Below, in pieces: positions 40,959-53,023 of a stretch of 64,000 bases of DNA. A program made the position numbers and the translations under genes. Location of the stretch: the NCBI GenBank assembly GCA_035084275.1, contig CM068752.1:7812001-7876000 (forward strand), read 5' to 3'. The stretch is from Hydrolagus colliei (lineage: Eukaryota). The notes below the pieces were generated by a model that searched no databases, was not told where the DNA came from, and saw only the letters and a list, made by a program, of their open reading frames with translations. How positions within the stretch are numbered: position 1 is the first letter of the stretch; every line of letters begins with the position of its first letter.

Positions 40959-43720
40959 AACCTGTGTCCTACGAATGTCTGTCTATGAGTATCTTTGTGT
41001 GAGTGTGTTTGTGTCCCTCCTCTGTATGTGTTTGTATAATAATCCCTCAAAATAGATAAAGCCAATAAATAAATTAGTCATTTTAATCCAGGACTGTGTG
41101 TGGGACGCTGCTGCGCGCAATTGGCTGCCGCGTTTCACCCACAAATATACAGTCATGTCACTTTACAGTGATAACTCTGTGAAGCTCTTTGAGACGTCTA
41201 GAAGATGTGAAAAGCGCCGTATCAAATGCAAGGGTTATTATTAATTATTATATGTCCTTATTCGTGGGAATAGTCTCTGAATGAGGCATTGTGTGCTTTG
41301 TCTTGAGTTCAGCAACAAACCGAGCATGAATTCTTAAACATATATACGGTAGTCGTCAGTGAATCTGATCACCCTCGTTTATGAAACCTTGCAGCATACA
41401 AACAAATGCACAATACACTATATTTAACAGCAAATACCTCTGAATGCTTTGGGAATTATTTCACAGTTTAGAGGTTGCAAGAAACACAAAACATTATTTA
41501 ATACTGTCATTATAATGTCTGCCCATTAATGGCTAGATCTGTTGATTTCAGCAGTGATATTTGAATTTTACTTTTTTTTGTGGCATGGCTGCGCACAATT
41601 AGCTGCCGCTTTTCGCCCACAAAATATACAGATGATTCACTTTACAGTATATATCCTCTGAAGTACTCAAAGATGTGATAAGGCACTATATCAAACGCAA
41701 GGAATATTATTATTATTTAAGAGTATTTTCCCTGCGGAGATAGCAGGAGACTAAGATCAAAGTGAGCGAAAACAAAATTGTTCCAAATGTGTCGGAAAGA
41801 AAGTTTGAGTGGAAATGTGCATGAGAAACGTAATATTTACGCTGATTGCTGGAGGCTGCGTGTGGGTGTGTAAGAGCTCAGTCAGTCAGTCATTCAGTCA
41901 GTCACAAGATATTTCCTCTGAGCACAGCAGAACAATACATCCACACACCCAGCACCAACATCTCTGCCACACTTCAAAGCATTTAAATCATAGTTGAAGT
42001 GGACCCAGCCGCTGCACATGTGCTCTCTGTGTAAGTACACAACTTTCCAAACCTTTAACAGAACTTTTTTCTCTCTCTCTGATCTTTCTTCCTCTGTTCC
42101 ACGGAGCTCCGTGACTCTCTCTCTCTCCTTGATCTCTCTCTCTCTCTCTCTCACTCTCTCCTCGAGTGCTTATCTCTCGTAACAAAAGCCTTTTTTTTCT
42201 GCCTCGTCTCGTCCTTAAGTTAGCGCAGCGATTCTGTCTCACCCACTCGATCAGAGAGACAGAGGCAAGTCGACTGCAAGGCGAGGCAAGCAATTATTCT
42301 CTACTAAACAATCCAACTCTGTCTCTCTCTTTATCCAAAGCACATCATCCACTGTGTTTGCAATGGATCATCAATTTCTTGAATGCCTGTTTGTTTAGTT
42401 TAGAAAACACACATTTTTGTCAGTCAAGTAAAATCTATACTTCCCAATTTTTTTTAGACTCCTGAGTTTCCAGGCAATGTTGATTTTCCAGTTAATTTCA
42501 TCCTGCATTGCGCAGAGTTTTATAATGGTAATAATCCTTAACATGATTTAATGCCTTATTGTGACATCTTAAAGGCGCTTCACAGAACACACTGAGAAGT
42601 GAATTGACCGTGTATTTGTGGGTGAAACACGGCAGCCAATTGCTCACAGCAGTCACCCACAGACAGTCGTGAATTGAGTGACTACATGTTTTCTTGGAAG
42701 GATTATTACCACTGGAAAACAATTGACGAATCGGCTAATAACAGCAAGCAAAAACTAAGAAAATTACGTTTGTATAGCGCCTCTCACATCGAGAGGATGT
42801 CCCAAGGCGACTGACAACCGGGTTCCTACTTACTGCTCGCTAAACAGAGGAGTGTGGAGTGAGGAAACTTGAGCTAAGGGGTTTACTCGAATTATTTGAT
42901 AAATCTTAAGAATTTTTACAGTTAATCTTCCATTTGCCAAAATTTTAATATTGTTTTAGAGAACCGAAGGATTCCAGGCACTGTTTATTTTGAGCCACTG
43001 CCTGGTTCATGTTTACTTGTTGTTGTTACTGTCCTGTGACAGGAAAGACTTCCCAGGGCAGAAAAGACTTCCCAGATTCACTTCAAACTATCATTGAGTT
43101 GTCTGTCTCTCTCTCTCTCTCTTTCTCTGTGATTTGGCTGGTGGAGTTTCAGTCTTATTTTCTGGCTGGTCCGTATGAAGTTGCGTCGACCCCACTACCA
43201 CCTCTTCACATCCGTTCTCTAGGTTTTGACTTTTAAGAGAGGTTGACCAGGATCCAGTCATTATGTGTGTGTCTGTGTGTGGGAGGGTGTGTCGTGTATG
43301 TGGTATGCGTGTGTGGGTGGTGGGGGAGAATGGGTGCTGCTACTAATGGGTAATTCAGCAAATCCAATCCTGGAAAGATTATAAATAAATCATTAATTTC
43401 CTAGGCAGAGTGCAGCAGAGGTCACAAGTGATTGTAGTTAACATGAACCACAAGACTGATTGATTTGGCTGGTTTTGTCGGTTCTGGTGCTCAAAATAAC
43501 TCAAAACATTGACTATTGACTTCAGTATCAACATACTTAGGACATTCCCTCCCTCCCTCCCTCACAGGAAACACTAGGTTTGGAATGAACTCAGGTGGAG
43601 GTGGTGGTAAGTCTTCAGGCTGAGAGGGGTTGTAATTTGCGAAGCTTTGGTTTGAGAACAGTTGGTGAATGGTCTTGTGCGTCTCTGTATTTACAGAGGC
43701 ATCAGTGACGGTATTCCAAC

Positions 43721-43954
43721 ATGAACGGAGCCACGAACACCTCTGCAGCCACCCCCTCGATTCCCCCCCACGTGCTGGAGATCTGGGCCATCATCCTCAT
43801 CATCCTGGGCACCGTGGTGGTGATGAGCACCTTCATTTTCGGCCCCACCGTGTCCGTGATCATCTACAGGGTCTGGAAATATCCCACCACAGTGGACCCT
43901 GATATGAGCGTCTCACACACACACTCGCTTATATCGCTCAAAGCCGTTGAGTAA
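43721..43954 (+). CDS. SMIM3: Small integral membrane protein 3 (NID67), 77 aa, single coding exon
   Basis: IPPHVLEIWAIILIILGTVVVMSTFIFGPTVSVIIYRV aligns with recalled human [38 protein letters not shown]. One TM helix, acceptor ttacag|43697, syntenic position next to DCTN4. Confidence 0.9.
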   Translation: MNGATNTSAATPSIPPHVLEIWAIILIILGTVVVMSTFIFGPTVSVIIYRVWKYPTTVDPDMSVSHTHSLISLKAVE

Positions 43955-44269
43955 CTAAATGCCCCTGGTCATGTGTGACTCCTCCACCACTCGGCAACTC
44001 TGCATGAAAGGCTGAAAGGACAAGGCGGTCTCAGTGCTTGAACATGGATCAGTGTCAATGGAAGCTGTGCATCAAATCCTCCCTGGGGCCAGATGTGCCC
44101 TTCCAGCGACAGACTGAGCAAGAACGATAACACTCTTAACACAGAGACGCTCATCACAGAGAAACACAGCCATCAATCGATCGTGTTTCTCCAGTCTTTT
44201 TGGCCTTGCGCTGTTCACCCCGAGAGCAGGTATCTGAGGGGGAAACCAGAGCTTGGCCAGACAACTACA

Positions 44270-44660
44270 ATAATTTACATTTACACAGCGACCCTCACGC
44301 AGGGTAGCCACCCCATGGGGCGGAAGCACAAAGCCGAGCCGGGTGGAGGGGGAGGGGACTGTAGGCAATGATAGAAAAGGAAGGTCTTTAAGCAAAACCT
44401 GAACTTGGGAAGGAGGAGGCAAGGTGGAGGGATAGAGGGAGAGCGTTCCAGAGTTTCGGGGGCGCAATGGCTGAAAGTTTGGTCACCAATAATGGAACGG
44501 AAGGCACCAGGAACAAGCAGGGGGCTGGAGCCAGCCAGACAGAAGCAGTGGGTAGTGAGTTGGGGAGCCAGCAGGTTAAAGGAATGCCAGGGCATGAAGG
44601 GATTGGAAACCAGTGTGAGGGTCTTGAAATCGATTGGTTTGTTTATAGGGAGCCAGTGGA
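44270..44660 (-). mobile_element. L2 LINE 3' fragment
   Basis: Minus strand encodes RSIIGDQTFSHCAPETLE (cf. GDRAFS..AP.LWN), followed by the tail tgtgtaaatgtaaattattgtagttg. Confidence 0.65.
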
Positions 44661-47600
44661 ACCTACCGTAAACCGGTCAGAAAGCAAGGGATGTGTGCAG
44701 AGCATTGCCAATGTGGACAACAGCACTGACAAACCATGGAGGGTCATACCTGGGTCCATCTTCACTTAAATTATTTATTCACATGAATGTTCAGCTGCTG
44801 GCTGACACACACACACATGCATACACACACACACAGACATGCACGCACAGACACATGCACACAGACACGCACACACAGACACATGCACGCGCACACAGAG
44901 ACACATGCACGCGCACACACAGACACAGCAAGCTGGATGTCAAGCCAGATTTCTAGAGAAGGACTTTGTGCCCACTGCAGCGGGAATCTAAACAGAAATA
45001 AACTTGAGTTTTACGATGTTGGAAAATAGATGCGGAAAGAACACTCCATTAAAAAAAAAGAAGTTCAAACAGAAATTGTCGCTTGGTATTAAATTATTTT
45101 GTTCCGCTGTGGACTAAAAGCATTAGCTGTGACACAGTAAACATTTCCACTTATCATGTCAAGCTGGCTTAGTGTTTAGTGCTATGACCGAACTTGACTA
45201 CGTTAACTCTCTGTTCACCACACTTCCCATCTTTTCCAACCACCAGTTGCATATTACTCCCACCCACACTCCACTTGCCCTCCACCCCTCTCAATTCTAA
45301 CAAGGTTGCAAACCCCTCACTATCCAATCACCCACTTTGGATATCCTCCCGACAGGGGAGGTTCTGTTCAAATGTAATTTGAAGTTGTTGTTGTTGGTGT
45401 GTAATTGAAACTACACAGAGCAGGAAGGACTGAGTGACGACAGGAACGGGAGGAGGCCATTCAGCCTCTCAAGCCTGTTCTGCCATTCTATAAGATCATG
45501 GCCGATCTGTACCTCAACTCCAATTACAATCCCAGGATTGTGCTACTATTGATCTCAATCTAGGCTACAATTGAGCCTGATGCGAGCCAGGTTAGAGCAA
45601 GGATCTCCGCTCCCACTGGAACTTGGTCCTACCCTGTGTGGAGTGGGTGATTGAGCGGCATTCCAGCCACAGGAGACAACGGAAGAAAGGCCTCTCGTTT
45701 CTGCGACTCTCCGAATTCCGAAAGCGGCTGTTTTGGGGCTCATTTGTAACTTGGCGAAAGAAAACTCACACACCAAAGGCTGATCCTGATGTGAAGGGCT
45801 TGGCTCCCAGGCTGCCTGCACGTTAGGACATGTCTGTGCAGAGGCTCCACAGCTGGTGAGAGACACATAGCCTCAGAGGGTGAGTCAGATCAGTGGAGAA
45901 TGGCAGTTTTAGGAAGCGGGATAATAAGAATCCTCTCATTTGTTATAGAGCCTGATTACGTCTTCTAGGCATCTCAATGCATTTCGTAAAATACACTGTA
46001 AAGTGGAGTGACTCTGTATTTTGTGGGTGAAAAACTGCGGCTGCTTAGGTACAGCAGTGTCCCATAAACAATCGTGGATTCCCAAAAAATTTAATTAATG
46101 TTTTTATTTTTGGAAAAGATGATTACTCTTGTTTGAAAAGAAAGCATGAGTTTTACACTTGGCAAAATCCCAATGGCTCTGTGCCCAGGCCATGATTGAA
46201 TGTTGCAATAAAAGCCACAAATTAAGCATTTTGAGGCTCGCCATTTCCTAATGACTCCCAACATGACATAACATAATCTGGTGCAGTCTCACCTAAAGCT
46301 TCCAATTTCCTTAAATTATTCTCCAGACCCATGCCTCCAGGGAAGAGATGGTCAAGTTACAGCACAAATAAACTCCAGCATGCAGGAGTGTTAATAATAA
46401 TCCTTATATTTGATATGGACCCTTAGATGCATCTCAGAACCTTTAATTAATATACTGTAAAGTAAATTGACTGTACATTTTGTGGATAAAAGATAAGGAA
46501 ACTTGCCGATTGTTTTGCCTGGCCCGGGAATCAAACCCAGGTCCTCTTACTTGTCAGGCGAGTACACCGAGCTTACAGCACTTCACACAGAGAGACCAGG
46601 ATGGGCGCCAGTGTGACATTCTCTTTACCGGCAGCCGAGTCTGGGGCTACCTCCAACTCCTCCTCCTCCTTCTCCCAGTATCTGCTCATAGTTAAAGTGT
46701 AACACTCGCTGTAATTACCTATTGGCCACAGATCGACACGCTCTCGTCTTTCAGTCTGGCCAGCAACGCTCAGGGCTGCTTTGACTGACCCAGCCACAAG
46801 CTAACTAGAAACCAGTTTCTCATTAATCCTCCACACTGTTTGCCATCATTGGGATGTCTGATGGCGTCCATCCTGCACATTCTATGTAAATATGTTGACT
46901 CTTTGATGGCTCTCCCAGACAGGGCCTTTGCTGTACACCTCGGAGCTTCTTTTGCATTAAATCTCTTGATGGTTCATCGCCATCATCATCCTGGAGCTCT
47001 GCCTGCATCAAACCTTGCGTGAGAATTATGTTTTGGGTTATTGTTGCATAGCTCCTGTTCATGGTCGGAAGAGATTTTGAGAGTTTTCTTACTGTAAAAG
47101 GGTTGCACTGACCTCGGGTGAATGGCTTTGTCTTGGTGTAATTGCATCGCACTTGTTTATTTTTAGCCAATTTATGGCTCAAAGTGGTAGTGAGGGGAGA
47201 ACAGAGGGTCTAACCCAGGCTCCCGACCCCCACGTCAGACCCCAGCTCACAGACCTGGCCAGGCTGTGGGGAGCTGAACGGTGAGAGATGCTGTTATACC
47301 CAGTAGCTGATACTTGTCTGGGTGAATGATAAACATCCTCCGCACATTCAGAGATTGGAATTTCTGGCAGCCTGGCCAACAATCCTCTAGATAAATAGTT
47401 TGTTCACTTCATGTTTATATTAATAATATAACGATCCTTGCATTTGATAGAGCGCTGGATCATCCATCGAGACTTCTCAAAGCGCTTCACAGGATGTACT
47501 GCACTGTGCAGTGACTGTGTATTTTATGGGTAAATGCAGTAGCCGATTTGCACACAGATATGTCCCACAAACAATCGTGGAGTGAGTGACCAATTTCATA

Positions 47601-48024
47601 TGGGGGGAGAAGGTTGGCCAGGACACCGGGAAAGAGGAACTCCAGTGAAATCTTTATCATCCATCTGGACAGGCACAGACTGGGAGTGAGGTTTAATGTC
47701 TCATCCGAAGGATGGGTGGGTCATTATTATGTGCAAATTGACTGCCATGTTTGTCTACAGCGGCTATTTGAGAGCGATTATTGTGAAGCACTGAGAGCGA
47801 CGCTTAAAGGGCATTTCATTTCATTGAAAATATGGACTTCAGACAATGGTATCATAAAACACCACAGGTAGGAGCAGGAGAACAGTCAACAGGTATGACA
47901 GGATTGAGTCAGACAAATCTAATGATTGACAGAGTAAACCCCAACTTTGCACTTCTTGAGAAATGCATTTCCATGTCCAGGTATCATTAATAACTAAAGT
48001 GCAAGTTGTTCCATCAAATAGTCC

Positions 48025-48385
48025 CTTAGTGTGATGGTTAACTCACTCGCCTGCAAGTGAGAGTATTCGGATTCGATTCCCGTGCAGGGTGAAACTATAT
48101 ATAGGCAAGTTTCCTTACTTCACACATCTCTGTTTACCTGGGAGTCAGTAGGAACCTGGTTGTTAGTCCATTGGCAAATCACTTTCTGGAGGTAATAATC
48201 TCTCAAACAAAATTGTTCACTCAATCCACGGCTGTTTGTGGGACACCGCTGCCTGTGTGCAATTGGCTGCCTTCCTTCACCCACAATATACACAGTCAAC
48301 TCACTTTGCAATATATGCCGTGAATCACTTTGAGATGTCTAAATGACATGATTAGGCTCTGTGTCAAATGCAAGGATTATTATTA
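48025..48385 (+). mobile_element. tRNA-derived SINE, near full length
   Basis: Head with B box gattcgattcc, body ggcaagtttccttact, core gtgtgcaattggctgcc, tail aaatgcaaggattattatt. Confidence 0.7.
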
Positions 48386-51300
48386 ACTACAAGTAAGGCT
48401 ACATATAGTGTGGTTTAAAGGCAAAAATCCCACAGGCTCCTGTTGTCGTCTGGCTTGGAGGGAGGTTGGCTAAAATCCATCACAAGCTTGGTTGGGAACT
48501 GAACTTGAGAGTCCTGTCATTCTTCATAGGACAGATTTTGCAGCAATAATCCATCAGAATTGGCCCCAATTCTCCTTATGTGCTGGTAAAGCTATCAGCG
48601 TGTTTAATCTCAGAGTCCTTCCTCTTTCCCATGTACCCATGTACCCTTTTGGATTCCTCTTTTATGTTCTGTACTGTAGTTTAATTGACAAGGCATTCCA
48701 TGTTGTAATAACCATCTATGGAAAGAAAGCTTCTAACCTCTCTCCACACCCACTCCCCTGACTATCCAGCCTCAGTCCTGACCCTGTACTCTCTTGTTAC
48801 CAACAGTTTTTCGCTGATAATGGCCTGGCGTTTTCCCTTCCTAAACTGTCACACCCTGTAACAAACCATGGAACTGAAAGCATCTAAATAGCCTCACACA
48901 GAAACCAGAGCTGAGTGTCAACAGGGGCTAATTATTAATTCCCTTGAAGCGCATCAGGAGTTCCACATCCTCCAAGATGCCCATGTGATGTAGCAACAAA
49001 CCATTGTCCAGCAATTCACAGCACCTCTGACTCCAACAGAAACCCATCCCTGGGAGACTGGCTCCTCCTCACATTCAGGGTGTTGTGGTTTTCCGTGAAT
49101 CTCACACGGTGGAAATCTTTCGCTTGATTCACAATAGGCTGTGATCAATACAATCCCTTTAGCATCTGTAACAACCTAACATCGAGGCACTTTACAGGTC
49201 AAACAAACCCCCGGTCTGTACCTGCTCAAGGTCAGCACCTCAACCCAATTGGGAGAGTGAAGGGAGTTTCTTTATTTCTAGTGTCCCGGCTAAACCTGTC
49301 CCCAGATAAATGGAGTCATTCACCTCATATCTGTCACTGGGACTTTATTTCTGTGCAACATAGTTACTACACTTGTCTAAAACAGTCACAACAACAACAA
49401 CTTCGATTTATATAGCGCCGTCTACGCGGACGGCGTCTCAGAGCGCTACACTTTACAGCAATTCTCTGAGAAATGCTTTGCGATCGTTTGGCATAGGAGG
49501 TGTTATGAAAACACCTGAACGATCAATAAATCAACTGTAATGTCTTGGCTGAACAATAGAGAGTGGGAGGCCTAGGAGCTGCAGAATGAAGTTAGACACA
49601 CACAGCGTATACAGGCTCTGGCCAGTGTATCTGGTTTGATTAGTTCTTACCTGGGGGTCACTGTGCAGAAAGTTACGAGGAGAGAGAGAGAGAGAGGCAG
49701 TTAAATATTTCCACATTACAGCAGACTAGTGGTTACACTTTGTTTAACGCACTGATATCAGAGCGCACTCAGTTACAGCCTGACCAAAGCAAGCTGTCAA
49801 ACCATTTGCCATCCATCATGTGTGCTGTTATTTTATAAACGAACAAATGGCCCCATCGCCCGGTCTACACACTGTGAACATGAAGCAGGGGAAGGGGAAT
49901 GGAGGGGGGTGGGGGGAATGGGGGTTGGAGGGGGGGTGGGGGGAATGGTGCTAGGAAGGGAATGGAGATAGAGGGGGTTGGCATATCCTGAAATAGCAGG
50001 AGATGATGAAGTTGCCAGGCTGGTGGTGTGAGCGCTTCCCACCCCCAATGTTGGTCAGGATGACAATTGAGTCACGCCGAGCTTAACAACTGAGGACCTG
50101 CTAATCCAGCGCGGGATCAATCACACACCAGAAGCCATTTAATTCTCTTTTCTAGATTTATTTATTTGTTAATGAGGTTTATAAAAATCCTATTGTAAAG
50201 TACAAAAAAAATACCAGAACATAACAGTGAGATAAACAGCTAGCAGGGCACAGGGTGGGTGACAATAGGAAATATTTCTTTACAGAATAAAAATAACAAG
50301 TGTAACAGCCAGGTTATGTGCTGTTGAGGCAGGCCAGGATGATGGGGCTCCTGTACAAACTAGTTTAAAGCCGGGATTGACGGCTGCTCGGGTGGGGATT
50401 GTGGAAGGCTGAGGTGGGCTTCTTCATCGGAAGCCCCCGTGTGATGGTGTGAAACAATGAGTAAGTCTGGACACTGCGTGTAGGGTAACCAGGATAAGAA
50501 ACAATGGTTTGGCGGAGAGCGCAAAGTTCAGCTCTGGCTGAAGCTGGGAGTCTGAATCTCAGACGTGAAGATCTAAAAGGAAATGAGTTGTGGCAGCTCT
50601 GACCTGCTGCCTCATGCTGAGAATCTAACACAAACCTGCCTGAGGTTTACTCTGAACTAGCACCAGATTGTCATGTCACATAGAGTGTGAAATGGAGACT
50701 GACGTCAGGCATGTGTGTGTGCGAGTGGGAGCGGATTTCAATGTGATTTTAAAAAAAATACACATTTCTTTCTTCAGCAGCTGTGACTGTCTCCTCAATG
50801 AATGGCCCAATAACTTCCTCCTCAATAAGCTGTTTGATGTAAATTTTGAATGTAAAGACGGGAAACGTCGCTGGATGGTAATGTCCAGACGAGACACTAA
50901 TTTGGTGAATCCGTCCAGAACAGACTGCAGTCAGGCTCACATAGCTACAGGCAAGTGCTGTACAGTGACTGCCTCCCGATTCCTCTCTATGTCTGACTTA
51001 TCCCTTCTTCCTATCATTCTATCGCATCTCCCCCCTCTTTTCTCCCTCGCCTTCTATTGCAATATCCCCCCCCCATCCCCCCCCCCACCCCACACACCCC
51101 CACCACCACTCCCTCCTCCTCGTCAGTCTATTGCTCACTATTTACTGTTTACCCTTGCTCTCGCTGCATCTGTCTCTCTCTTTCTCTGCTCTAAAGGAGA
51201 CCAGGTTAAGAAATTATAGAACAGAGGGCCTGAGATAAACAGGTACAAAATGAATGGAAGGAAAGACTGTCAACAGAGGCTGGGGGAGAAGTAGATATAT

Positions 51301-52135
51301 ACAACAACTTACATTTATATAGAGCCCTTCACTTAGGTTGGCCTCTCGGGGCGCCTAGGCCTAGGTATGTGCAGGGCACTACTGTGCATATATTGCATGT
51401 GTCTATGCATGTACAGTTACTATCCTGTGAAGTGTTTTGGAAGCCATGCACCTCTGTTTCTCTCTCTGTTAATCTCTCCCACATTCACAAGGAGAGTTAA
51501 GAGGCTTCAAACAAAAGCAGAAAGAGTTTTGGAGATCAAAGGGGTTGAGGTTAGTAAGTAACTCAATGCCGCTTGTGTGAGTCTGGATAGCTGAGGTGAC
51601 GCTGTGAGAGCTGAGAATGAATGTGATCTGAACCCTCGTCCTATGGAGCTGGAGAATGATGGAGGACAGAAACAGAGATGAAAGGTTTTTTACTGGCTGG
51701 TAAACATCCTCAAGAGGAGAAGCTGAAGAGATTGGACAGCGGCCAAGCCATCTCCTGTGTTACTCAGCTAATGAGATCCTGTACCACACATCCTGTCCTG
51801 TACACACTAACTAACCCCATGTTTCTGTGGCTGGTGTGGACAGGGGGGTCACGGAGTCAACAGGTAAGGAGCCAGGCTGATGGTATCTGGCACTAAATAA
51901 CAGCTTATTGTCTGTTCTCAAACACCTTTTCTGAATGTTTTACCCTGATTGTGGCTGGCCCATGGTTTGGAACTCCATTCCACAATCCCTTCACCTTGCT
52001 CCCACCTACTCCCACCCCCACCAACCCCCGCCCCGATGCTTGGGTCCTGACCTCTGACTGTTGAGCACCTTGGGACATCCTCTCGACGTGAAAGGCACTC
52101 TACTAATGTAATTTTGTTCTTAAATAAAACATAAA

Positions 52136-52345
52136 ATACTACAGATGCTGGAAATCTGAAACAAAAACAGAATTGATGGGAAAACTCAGCATCTTTGGAG
52201 AAAGGAAAGTGAGTCAACGTTTCGGGTCCACGATCCTTCATCAGAACTCAGTGGGCCCGAAACGTTGACTCACTTTCCTTTCTCCATGGATGCTGCCTGA
52301 CCTGCTGAGTTTTCCCAGCAACGTCTGTGTTTGTAATTTTGTTCT
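52136..52345. mobile_element. Inverted (palindromic) Penelope-type terminal-repeat element
   Basis: Inner arms 52196-52231 and 52251-52286 (36 bp, one mismatch). Outer arms gggaaaactcagc and gctgagttttccc. The family assignment rests on the hammerhead motif and on resemblance to common shark repeats. Confidence 0.65.
52210..52250 (-). ncRNA. Minimal type I hammerhead ribozyme motif (Penelope-associated)
   Basis: Minus strand reads UGAGUU-CUGAUGA-A-GGAUC-GUG-GACCC-GAAA-C-GUU-GACUCA: intact core, stem I UGAGUU/GACUCA, stem II with one A-C mismatch, and a loopless palindromic stem III (AACGUU). Confidence 0.65.
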
Positions 52346-53023
52346 TGTTGTTGTTGTTGTCGAGCTTGTGTCCGCACCCAGCACTCCCAGGACAGCAACA
52401 ACACAACCCGCAACAGTGCAAAGCTCCCTCTACACAGAGCTGTTTGGTTTTACCCCTGGTGTGTTCTCACCAGAGAAGTTGTTGTTGATGTGCGACCATT
52501 GTTGTGGCCTCCATGATCTGAGGTGCAGTTTGCAAGTCAGGGAGAAACAATAACCATCCGAGAGCGAATCGCGCCTCCCACCAAAAAGCAGAGCAGCGAC
52601 GCAGGGGACGAGAAAGTTACTACTACTCGAAGTAGTAGGAATGCTTGTGATGTGCTTTGGAGAGGTTTAGGGCTGAGAAGTGGCAATCTCTTTGCCCATT
52701 GAAGTCCAGCCAGAGATTAATTGGATGGAGGAGTTTTGAGGGGGAAGGATGAAAGGACCAGCCTGGCTCCTAGCACAAAGCCACATTCTTCATTTCATCT
52801 GAGGCAATAATGGATGAGGGTAAGGCAGTATTAAACCCTTTACAACCAGAGGCCAGATGAACAGCATCCATTATATATATAAGGACTTTGGAATCCTTCA
52901 CAAGAGTGAACAAAGCAAGTCCAGACAAGAGCTGGATGGCGATTGGGGTGGGGTAGGGGGTGTGGATTGGTGGGGGTAACTGGAGTTTGTGCACATCCTG
53001 AGCTAACATGCCCACACACTGGG

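Noticed and set aside
44000-52000. Search for IRG GTPase or KRAB zinc-finger genes expected from human synteny
   Set aside because: No P-loop or C2H2 motifs are seen in the provided ORFs.
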